This document shows, piece by piece, positions 1 through 7,970 of a DNA stretch of 64,000 nucleotides. The DNA is taken from the NCBI GenBank assembly GCA_041662625.1, contig JBAZSB010000001.1, positions 791,710-855,709 of the forward strand. The letters run 5' to 3'. The notes below the pieces were generated by a model, which saw only the letters and a list, made by a program, of their open reading frames with translations, had not been told where the DNA came from and made no database searches. Every line of letters begins with the position of its first letter. The stretch's first letter is position 1. This stretch comes from Patescibacteria group bacterium. GTDB lineage: Bacteria > Patescibacteriota > Patescibacteriia > Buchananbacterales > UBA6539. The translations under genes and the position numbers were made by a program.

Positions 1-49
1 TTAACTTCTGAATTCTGGCAGAAAGCTTCATTAACGAGAATGAAAATTC

Positions 50-337
50 TTACTTTTTATCACTTGGCCGATTAAGCTGTTTGGCTAAATTCACCGCCCG
101 GCCTAATTGAACCGTAATAATTACCACAATAATGGTAATAAATAAGGCATAAATAAATAAAGCAAAAATGTTACCGCCGGGTTCAGGAAAAAAAGTGGCA
201 AATAACGCTTTGATTGCCTCGTTCCAGGCCAAAGCCGCCACTAAACCAAAGCCGCTGGTGGCAAGCGCTGCGATCTGTTCCAAAATTTCAATTTTTAATG
301 ATTTTTTTTCTGCTGATGTTCGTTTTTTGTTAGGCAT
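50..337 (-). CDS. small membrane protein, function unknown (two hydrophobic segments)
   Basis: 95-aa ORF with hydrophobic core; end overlaps start of downstream HAD gene by 8 nt (operon-like). Confidence 0.4.
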   Translation of the reverse strand: MPNKKRTSAEKKSLKIEILEQIAALATSGFGLVAALAWNEAIKALFATFFPEPGGNIFALFIYALFITIIVVIITVQLGRAVNLAKQLNRPSDKK

Positions 338-995
338 ATTTTTTAATATAATTTAATAATCTTCGGCTATTTAATTTAGTGACAATCAAATCAGCATTGC
401 TAAACTTTATCTGTCGGTGATGCTTATCCCGAACCACGGCACAGCGGAAGCCGCCATTCTTTGCCGCCGCTAGGCCATTACTGGCGTCCTCTAAGACTAA
501 AATATTTTTTGGCAAAATACCAAGCTGCTTGGCTGCTTTCAAAAAAATATCAGGCGATGGCTTACCCCGTCGGACTTGGTCAGCGGTGACAATCACGGAA
601 AAATATTTTTTAACACCATATTGTTTATTAATGGCGTTGAGCCATTTTAGGCTAGCCGAAGTAGCAATGGCTAGCTTAAAATTGTTTTTCTTTAAAAATT
701 TCAGCAGATCAAATAAACCGAACATGGGCCGAAGCTTGGACTCTAAAAGTTTATAAACTACCAGGCTCCGTTGTTTAAAAAGCAGTTTAGGATTTTCTTT
801 GATTTCTAAATCTTTGGCGAAAACTTTCATTGATTCCAAACCCAACAATCCTTGCATCCGATGGAATGTATCTCTGGTCATTTTTCTGCCGTATTGTTTT
901 GCCAGTTTTTTTTCGGCAATCAAAAACAGGCTTTCCGTATCAAACATTAAGCCGTCCATGTCAAATATTATGCCAAGCAACTTATAATGTTTCAT
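330..995 (-). CDS. HAD-superfamily hydrolase (subfamily IA, beta-phosphoglucomutase-like)
   Basis: Motif I 'IIFDMDGLMFDTE' (DxDGxxxDT), C-terminal 'VLEDASNGLAAAKNGG' motif typical of HAD IA. Confidence 0.8.
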   Translation of the reverse strand: MKHYKLLGIIFDMDGLMFDTESLFLIAEKKLAKQYGRKMTRDTFHRMQGLLGLESMKVFAKDLEIKENPKLLFKQRSLVVYKLLESKLRPMFGLFDLLKFLKKNNFKLAIATSASLKWLNAINKQYGVKKYFSVIVTADQVRRGKPSPDIFLKAAKQLGILPKNILVLEDASNGLAAAKNGGFRCAVVRDKHHRQIKFSNADLIVTKLNSRRLLNYIKKYA

Positions 996-1018
996 ACGAA
1001 AAATTATAACAGAATCTA

Positions 1019-2770
1019 TTATTCTTCCCTAAGGTAAATATAGTTTAAATCGGTTTTTAGGTCAAAGAATTTTCCCTGCCGGCTTTTATAAAAATTAACA
1101 AAATTCCATTCATTAAACCGCCAAATGCTCAAATTCCGTAGGTGCGATTCGCGAATCGCACCTACGGAATTGGTATCTTCCAAAACCACCAATTCATTTT
1201 TACTATCACCGTCTAAATCAGCCAAAGCCATTTCCCGAATCGGCTGATCTAGGGCCGAGGAACCCCAAATCATTTGTAGAGACGCAATATTGTGCGTCTC
1301 TACAAATTGATATAAGAATAAATGATTAGAAATATTTTTGTCGTTTTCTTCTTCCCAAAAAGGCAAATCCGGACCAAAGCTGCCTTCCTTCCATAAAGAA
1401 AAGCCAACTTCGATTTTGCCGTCATTGTTAAAATCACCAATTAAGACATTATCCAGCTGCCAATTTTTATCACTTTGCCATAACACTTTATCATTTTTAA
1501 TTAAATAACCAACTTGCCCGACAATTACCGCCTCTTCGGGCTGACCGTCAGAATCCAAATCAGCGGCCCCGAAGGTGCGATTCGCGAATCGCACCTTCGG
1601 AGAAATTGGAGATGAAGACAGATTAATCTGCCAACTCGTTGTTTCTTGGTATTCCTTGCCATTCCAAAAAAATCTTGGCTGGCTAAAAATAGGCTGGGCC
1701 AAACGGTTAATGATATTCTGACTGGTTTTATCATCGGCTAATTCCGGCTGAAAATTGGTATTGATTTTAAGCGGAATAAATTCAATGTTTTTTATCTCTT
1801 GAGGCGAAAAAACAATCTTTGCCGCCACTCCCTGTTGAGCATCGGCTGACCAGATCTGATCAAAAATAAAATTACCCAAACTATAAATAACATAACCATT
1901 GCCATATTTTTCAAAAGTCTGGACCACATGCGGATGATGGCCAAGCACTAAGCTGGCACCAGCATCAATTGCCGTATGGGCAAATTCGATCTGGTGCTGA
2001 CTAGGCTTGGTATCATATTCCACCCCGCCATGCATTGAAACAATCACAAAATCCACTTGCGGCTTTAAATTAGCAATATCAGTTTTAAGTTGGTCTAAAT
2101 TCATAAAATTGACACCAGGCTGATTTTCAGTTGCCTGATAACTTTTTGGCAAATCCGAAGAAACATAAGCCAAAAATCCAAACTTAATCCCTTGTTTTTC
2201 AATGATAACTGGCTTTTGCGCTTCAACTAGATTACGACCAGCGCCGATATAGCTAATCTGATTTTTTTCTAGTTCACTAAACGTGCTTTCTAAACCCGCT
2301 TGACCAAAATTAGGCGTGTGGTTATTGGCCAAGGAAACTAAATCAAAACCTGCTAGTTTCAAACCAGCAATGGCCGCAGGGTCAACCCGAAAATTTAATT
2401 CACCAGCCATAATCGGCCGACCGGCCAAAATTGCTGTTTCTAAATTACCCAAAGTAATATCGGCTGCACTGGTAATTTTTTCTAGCGGCTTAAAGGGTAA
2501 AATAAAATCATTTTTTTTAACCAGCAACTGCTCAACACTGCGGGAAAGCATAAGGTCACCGGTGGCAATCAAAGATACTTCTGGTTTTGGTTTATCATAG
2601 GTTGGCAACGGAATAACTATTGGCTGATTAGTATTGACCGGCCCCTGATTAGAAGTCTCAACTGGCGTGATAACTTGAGGCGATAAATTCTTGGCAACTA
2701 AAACGCCGCAGACAACTGCGGCAATGGTTAATAAAACTACTACAAAGATTATTGGGATTAACTTTTTCAT
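1019..2770 (-). CDS. membrane-anchored CapA/PGA-capsule-type metallophosphatase fused to FG-GAP-like repeats
   Basis: N-terminal TM helix; 'VSMHGGVEYDTKPS...ASLVLGHHPHVVQ' CapA/calcineurin-like motifs; C-terminal D-x-D-x-DG repeats (DLDGDSKNELVV, GDFNNDGKIEVG, ADLDSDGQPEEA). Contains three in-frame palindromic elements (see repeat features). Confidence 0.7.
   Translation of the reverse strand: MKKLIPIIFVVVLLTIAAVVCGVLVAKNLSPQVITPVETSNQGPVNTNQPIVIPLPTYDKPKPEVSLIATGDLMLSRSVEQLLVKKNDFILPFKPLEKITSAADITLGNLETAILAGRPIMAGELNFRVDPAAIAGLKLAGFDLVSLANNHTPNFGQAGLESTFSELEKNQISYIGAGRNLVEAQKPVIIEKQGIKFGFLAYVSSDLPKSYQATENQPGVNFMNLDQLKTDIANLKPQVDFVIVSMHGGVEYDTKPSQHQIEFAHTAIDAGASLVLGHHPHVVQTFEKYGNGYVIYSLGNFIFDQIWSADAQQGVAAKIVFSPQEIKNIEFIPLKINTNFQPELADDKTSQNIINRLAQPIFSQPRFFWNGKEYQETTSWQINLSSSPISPKVRFANRTFGAADLDSDGQPEEAVIVGQVGYLIKNDKVLWQSDKNWQLDNVLIGDFNNDGKIEVGFSLWKEGSFGPDLPFWEEENDKNISNHLFLYQFVETHNIASLQMIWGSSALDQPIREMALADLDGDSKNELVVLEDTNSVGAIRESHLRNLSIWRFNEWNFVNFYKSRQGKFFDLKTDLNYIYLREE
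1132..1171. repeat. palindromic element family A, copy 1 (40-nt perfect palindrome; core GGTGCGATTCGCGAATCGCACC) inside CDS
   Basis: aattccgtaggtgcgattcg|cgaatcgcacctacggaatt is its own reverse complement; translated in frame as NSVGAIRESHLRN in the CapA-like protein. Confidence 0.9.
1273..1306. repeat. palindromic element family B, copy 1 (13-bp stem TTTGTAGAGACGC/GCGTCTCTACAAA, 8-nt loop) inside CDS
   Basis: Read directly; encodes VETHNIASL in frame in the CapA-like protein. Confidence 0.9.
1569..1600. repeat. palindromic element family A, copy 2 (32-nt perfect palindrome with same 22-nt core) inside CDS
   Basis: ccgaaggtgcgattcg|cgaatcgcaccttcgg; translated in a different frame (VRFANRTFGAA) from copy 1, so the repeat is DNA-level and not protein-level. 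Confidence 0.9.
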
Positions 2771-2956
2771 TTTTATTATCTAAATAAATCCAAAACAAAA
2801 AATTACAAACTCCAAGCGCCAAGCTCCAAACAAATTACAATTACCAAAATTTCAAATCACAAACCCCTTGAGATCAACGTTTGGAATTTTTAATATTGTG
2901 ATTTGGAATTTGTTTGATATTTGTAATTTTGGATTTGGTGCTTTTCAATATGGATA

Positions 2957-5347
2957 TTACTTGGCCACAAACGCACTGGTCCAGTCAGGCAAAGCTGGAG
3001 CTTGGTTGTTATCAACCATCCCCCGCCACTTTTCATCAGTTAACCGGTCAGTAATCGGCCAAGAAAATTCATAGTAAGAGAAAACCCCGCCTTTAGCAAT
3101 TCGCAATTTACCTTCAACTGGCACGACAGCATAAATATCATAAATTCGGCCAGTGCCTTCTTCCAAAACCTGACCAGCCGGATCGGAGGCAACATCAGCC
3201 ACTAAAGCAGCCGGCTCTTGATAAATTTGGCTTGGACTTTCAATACCTAAATCTTTATAAGCTTCCAGCCATAAGTGTTCCAGGCTGCCACCATAAGTCC
3301 GGATAAAATCATAATCATCATCGCTCAAAGCCTGATTACTTAATTCTTTTTCCGAAATATCTTTTAACCGTGAAACTAAAATTTCCAGGCGGTCTAAAAA
3401 CTCAGTACTATTTTCGGAAAGCAAACTCCGCAGCTGCAAACCTTCTTTCATCATTTTGGTTAAAGCTGCCAGGCGGGCGTAAACATAAACATTGGGCTCA
3501 ACATAACCCCGATCATCTTTTTGATCAGGCGAGCCGCCGCCAAGTTCGGCATAAACCTGCTTAGCATATAAAATCGTGTCATGTTTTAATTCAGTCCAGT
3601 TGGCTAAGAAAGTATTCATATCCTTTTTCTGCCAGGCAACATTAGTCATAAAGCTGGGATAACCCTGAGTCTTTTCCGCCAAAAGTGGTCGAAGCGAATA
3701 AAGCCAACCCCAGTATAAATTCTGCGTCCAGGTTTTACCATCAAGACTAGCGACATATTGCCGCATCTTATTGGAATTTTCCACATAACAGGCATAAGCG
3801 GTTTCGCCTTTGTCTTCCTGGAGTTTAGCCGCCACGTTTGAGCCAAAAGCTGAAACTACATCCAGACCAGAAGGGAGGCGGCGCGACTGTTCCGGCACCC
3901 AGGTCGTGGGGTCAGAATCACAAGTATGATCTTTGTCACCGACCTCGCGATAAACCAGACGCTGGAAAATATCCGCATCCAAAGTATAACGCTGGCCCAT
4001 GAAACGAAAACCTTTAATTGCTGCCGTTCGGTCAGGCTGGAACCGGGCATCCAAAATCGGCATTGAATTAATTTTCGGTCCAGCTAAATTGGCCGCTTGG
4101 GTCAAAAGGCCTTGAAATTTAGCTTCATCATATAAATCCGTTAAAGTATAATCCGCACCATAGCTATCAGTTATCAATTTGCCATAATCATTAAAGGTTA
4201 AATCATCAGCCAAGCCAACAAAGAAAGCAGTTGGTTCATAAATTTTATCCCACAAATTCTTTAACGCTTCAGAATTTTGCAGCGCTTGGGTAATTAGCAC
4301 TGCTGAGCGGGTTTCATCTTCGGACTTCAAGCGAAAAGTCAGCCGACCCAAATACATCATCGATTTGAAATAAATTTTTAAATCATCGGTTCGGGTGTAA
4401 TGGCCGCGGGGAATATATTGGGTGTAATCTTCTAAATTATATTGGGCCGGATCAGTCACACCAAGATTCATCACCGGCGAAGGCATGCCGACTTGGGTCT
4501 GACCTTCAATTAGCGCCAATTCATCAGTAACTTCTTTAGCAACATAGCTGGCGGGCTCAGCACTGGGATAAACCAATTTATTTGCCACGGCGAAAAAAGC
4601 TACGTTGCGCTTGGCGGCATTTTCCCAGGGTGTGCCTTGCAACTGCTCATATTGCTCCTGACTGGCCTGAACCATCCCATAAGTCAGTTCGGTTAAAACT
4701 TGCTTTAATTTGTCAGTTTCCAAGGTACGGAGTAAAAAATCAAAAGCTAAATGATAATTATGTAAAATCGAGTCAGTGGTAATAAAGCTTGGCGTAAAAC
4801 TATAACGATTACTTTCATATATGCTGAAAAATTCCTGGGAGTACCCGGGGACGACCGCAAAGCCATTTTGACTCAAAAGGTTTTTTGCTGAATCAGAAAG
4901 CGTAAAATCACTTTTATTTTCTACATTACTTAAATCCGCGGCCACTTGATAGGCTGAAACGGTCGGCACGACATTGACGGCTGGCTCGGTAAAAATTGCA
5001 AACTCATTGGCCTCAGCAATCGGAGCGCCAATTAAATTACTGATGGCTTCAATCAAAGTTTTGACTGGCTCAGGCGGTGGGGTTTGATTAGTATTTTGAT
5101 TAGTGTTGACCGGCGCAGACTTAGGCGCGAAAAACTGTAGGTAAACAAAAAAGCCGCCACCCCCAGCTAAAGCTAAAACAACCAAAATCGCCGCTAAAAT
5201 TCCGGCTGAAGTGATTTTGCCGGTGGTCTTTATCTTCGGCTTAGGTGGCTTGGACACTGACGGGCCGAAAGGTGAAACCGGCGGTGTTTGGGGTTGATTT
5301 GACGAAGGATTAATTGAGGATTGAGGTGGAGTTTGATTTTCAAACAT
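2957..5347 (-). CDS. large extracellular protein with N-terminal Pro-rich linker and TM anchor, function unknown
   Basis: 796-aa ORF; N-terminus 'PPQSSINPSSNQPQTPPVSPFGPSVSKPPKPK' followed by hydrophobic helix; no recognisable catalytic motif. Confidence 0.5.
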   Translation of the reverse strand: MFENQTPPQSSINPSSNQPQTPPVSPFGPSVSKPPKPKIKTTGKITSAGILAAILVVLALAGGGGFFVYLQFFAPKSAPVNTNQNTNQTPPPEPVKTLIEAISNLIGAPIAEANEFAIFTEPAVNVVPTVSAYQVAADLSNVENKSDFTLSDSAKNLLSQNGFAVVPGYSQEFFSIYESNRYSFTPSFITTDSILHNYHLAFDFLLRTLETDKLKQVLTELTYGMVQASQEQYEQLQGTPWENAAKRNVAFFAVANKLVYPSAEPASYVAKEVTDELALIEGQTQVGMPSPVMNLGVTDPAQYNLEDYTQYIPRGHYTRTDDLKIYFKSMMYLGRLTFRLKSEDETRSAVLITQALQNSEALKNLWDKIYEPTAFFVGLADDLTFNDYGKLITDSYGADYTLTDLYDEAKFQGLLTQAANLAGPKINSMPILDARFQPDRTAAIKGFRFMGQRYTLDADIFQRLVYREVGDKDHTCDSDPTTWVPEQSRRLPSGLDVVSAFGSNVAAKLQEDKGETAYACYVENSNKMRQYVASLDGKTWTQNLYWGWLYSLRPLLAEKTQGYPSFMTNVAWQKKDMNTFLANWTELKHDTILYAKQVYAELGGGSPDQKDDRGYVEPNVYVYARLAALTKMMKEGLQLRSLLSENSTEFLDRLEILVSRLKDISEKELSNQALSDDDYDFIRTYGGSLEHLWLEAYKDLGIESPSQIYQEPAALVADVASDPAGQVLEEGTGRIYDIYAVVPVEGKLRIAKGGVFSYYEFSWPITDRLTDEKWRGMVDNNQAPALPDWTSAFVAK

Positions 5348-5380
5348 AATTGTAATTATTAAAATTTAACGCTTAAAAAA

Positions 5381-7066
5381 TTATAATTTCCCTGAACCTT
5401 TGGGATTATATCCTTTTAGAACTTCCGCTCCGTCCAGATAACTATCACCGTCAGTGTCAGGATTATTTTTATCGGTACCATACTTTTCTTCAGAATAATT
5501 GGCTAAACCATCTTTATCTGGGTCCAGACAGACCTCTCTTAACACAAACTCGGCGCCATCGTTTTGGGGATAAATTCCCGAAGGAGTGGCATAATTCTTG
5601 CCGGCTTTAAGATTGCCCACATCTTGGCTAATACTAAATTCGATAACATAATCGTTGTCCGCACATGAGTAATAAAGATAATCTGCTACTGGCGAGTTGG
5701 GGTGGGCGGGTAATAAAGCCATGTAGGTATTACCTGTACAGGTAGTCCCCAGCTGACTGAATCCTCCCTCGCTCAGACAGGTTGTATCAACTCCCAAACG
5801 ATTACCACCTACTGGCGGTAAAGGATAATTCATAAAATCATTAAAATATAATTCTAAGGCAGTTTGGGTTTGTTTAACATCAGCAATAGTTTTAGCATCA
5901 CTTGCCTTCTCCCGACTAGTTTCTAGGGCAGTACCCATCATTGAATCCATTAATTCCTTAAAAGACATCGCGTTGGTTGGTTCATCAATTTTAATCGGCT
6001 GATTATAATTGGTTAACACAATAGTACTTTTAACCTCACTACTATAATTTGGGTCATTCATTAATAAATTAGCTACTGCCTTTTTTATAATCCTGCCCTT
6101 TTTGGCAATCCAAATTTCGCCGGAAAAATCAAGTTTAGCCAATACTTCATCCAGACTCTTCAACTGATCTTCAAGATTAAGATTATAATCTTTATCTAAT
6201 CCCTCCTGTTTAGATAATTCATCCAAAGCGGTGATAAACTTTTTGAAAGCTTCTTTGTCTAAAGTTATCGCGTAATGATAACTAGCAGCATTATCAATTG
6301 TTTCACTTTTTAATTTCTGCCACTTAAAAAAACTGTTCTTTTTATACACATCAGTAAATTTTTGTAAAAAATCTTTAACTTTAGCGGAATCGTTCTCAGC
6401 TGACGGCTTGATCTTTAGGCCATACTGCGCTTGCAATTCCTGAAAATTAATTTTTATCCATTGATTATTAATTTTGCTCGCATCAAAAAAAGGCAATACT
6501 GGTATACCTTCAATTTTGGCGTATAAATTTTCTTTATCAACGGACACAATACTTATCTTTGGGCTATAAGTCATCTGCCCAACTAGAGGAATCTGCGTCC
6601 CAGCCGGGATATCAATATTTATTTCCGAGGCAGTTTGAACAAAATCATTATTTTTTGCGAAATTAATTGTCGCTGCAGCTGAAAGATTAAATTCCTGGGG
6701 CATAAGAAGCGAAAGCGAAGTTGCGGCTGAAGGCTGATTTGCTTGATTTGATAGACTTGGCTTCATCGAAATGCTAATTTCGTAATCCAACTTACCAGAA
6801 TCCAATTTAGTCAAATTTTTGATAGCATCTTCAAATACCTTTTCCGGTGCTAGATAAATGTTAGAGTAATAATAAAAAGCTCCCGCCCCCGCTGCCATTA
6901 AAAATATAAACCCGGCAACAATAGCAATAATCAAGCCTTTCTTACTTGATTTGCCTTCTGGTGCCAAAGGTTGTGGCATATTTGATGAAAAACTTTGTAA
7001 TTGCCGACCATTTAAATACTGATTCTCTGTAGGTTGATTGGGTCTAAAATTTTGGTCATTAAACAT
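5381..7066 (-). CDS. membrane-anchored extracellular protein with pseudopilin-like segment and thrombospondin-type-3-like Ca-binding repeats
   Basis: N-terminal TM helix; 'TQTALELYFNDFMNYPLPP' resembles GspG-type pseudopilin globular domain; C-terminus 'DPDKDGLANYSEEKYGTDKNNPDTDGDSYLDGAE' DxDxDG repeats. Confidence 0.5.
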   Translation of the reverse strand: MFNDQNFRPNQPTENQYLNGRQLQSFSSNMPQPLAPEGKSSKKGLIIAIVAGFIFLMAAGAGAFYYYSNIYLAPEKVFEDAIKNLTKLDSGKLDYEISISMKPSLSNQANQPSAATSLSLLMPQEFNLSAAATINFAKNNDFVQTASEINIDIPAGTQIPLVGQMTYSPKISIVSVDKENLYAKIEGIPVLPFFDASKINNQWIKINFQELQAQYGLKIKPSAENDSAKVKDFLQKFTDVYKKNSFFKWQKLKSETIDNAASYHYAITLDKEAFKKFITALDELSKQEGLDKDYNLNLEDQLKSLDEVLAKLDFSGEIWIAKKGRIIKKAVANLLMNDPNYSSEVKSTIVLTNYNQPIKIDEPTNAMSFKELMDSMMGTALETSREKASDAKTIADVKQTQTALELYFNDFMNYPLPPVGGNRLGVDTTCLSEGGFSQLGTTCTGNTYMALLPAHPNSPVADYLYYSCADNDYVIEFSISQDVGNLKAGKNYATPSGIYPQNDGAEFVLREVCLDPDKDGLANYSEEKYGTDKNNPDTDGDSYLDGAEVLKGYNPKGSGKL

Positions 7067-7133
7067 AAACTTTATTATTAAGGCTTACTTAACAATTATA
7101 CCATAATAAAAAAAATCCTGCTCTCAGGATCTT

Positions 7134-7220
7134 TGGTGCCGAAGGAGAGACTCGAACTCTCAATCCCTTGCGGGAACATGGTCCTAAGCCATGCGCGTAT
7201 ACCAATTCCGCCACTTCGGC
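7134..7220 (-). tRNA. tRNA-Leu (anticodon UAG), CCA encoded
   Basis: Reverse complement folds as acceptor GCCGAAG/CTTCGGC, anticodon stem CATGG/CCATG with loop CTTAGGA, long variable arm, T-arm GAGAG-TTCGAGT-CTCTC, 3' ACCA. Confidence 0.85.
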
Positions 7221-7557
7221 CCGTCTTGAGTGAAAACAAGAGATATCATCTTTTATCATGGCTAATTTTGGCCTAATTGTCAACGATGCCTTTTGTCGGG
7301 GGCATATTTTTTTACACTTGACAAAGATTTTTCACTATGATAATTTGAAAATGAGCTTTAGGCTCAACATAGCGCGAAAAGCCCGGATTTTTCCGGGTTT
7401 TCGTTTGTCTAATTTTTAGTATCAATCATTAATTTAAAATCAAAAAGGTAATCAATATGGCGCAAACCAATTTTGGTTGTGCGCTTTTATTATTAAAATT
7501 TTGAATTTTTAAATTCGAATTTTGACTCAATATTATAATATCTTAATTTATAAATGT

Positions 7558-7917
7558 ATGACCAAAACTAATAATAAATTTGACTTGGAGGAAAGAACGG
7601 CAAAATTCGGAGGAGACATTATTGAATTTTGTAAATTACTAACGGAAAACACTATTACTAGACCTCTTATAAGCCAGGTTGTCCGTTCCGGTACTAGTAT
7701 CGGTGCAAATTATATGGAAGCAAACGGTGGTAGTTCAAAAAAAGACTTCAAAAACAAAATTTTCTACTGTAAAAAAGAATGCCAAGAGACAAAACACTGG
7801 TTAAGAATGATAGCTAAGGCTTGTCCAAATAATTTAAAAGATTGCCAAAAACTTTGGCAAGAAGCTCAAGAATTAACTTTAATTTTTGGCAAAATAATTT
7901 CAACTTTAAAATATTAA
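7558..7917 (+). CDS. four-helix-bundle protein (23S rRNA intervening-sequence protein family)
   Basis: 'LEERTAKFGGDIIEFCKLL...SQVVRSGTSIGANYMEANGGSSKKDFKNKIFYCKKECQETKHWL' matches the family signature; ATG at 7558 preferred over TTG at 7522; gene flanked by AT-rich inverted repeats. Confidence 0.85.
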   Translation: MTKTNNKFDLEERTAKFGGDIIEFCKLLTENTITRPLISQVVRSGTSIGANYMEANGGSSKKDFKNKIFYCKKECQETKHWLRMIAKACPNNLKDCQKLWQEAQELTLIFGKIISTLKY

Positions 7918-7970
7918 ATTATTCGAAATTGAATCAAAATTCAAAATTCGAAATTAAAAATTATAAATCT

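Noticed and set aside
7089-7283. 64-aa ORF on minus strand
   Set aside because: Completely overlaps the tRNA-Leu(UAG) gene; spurious.
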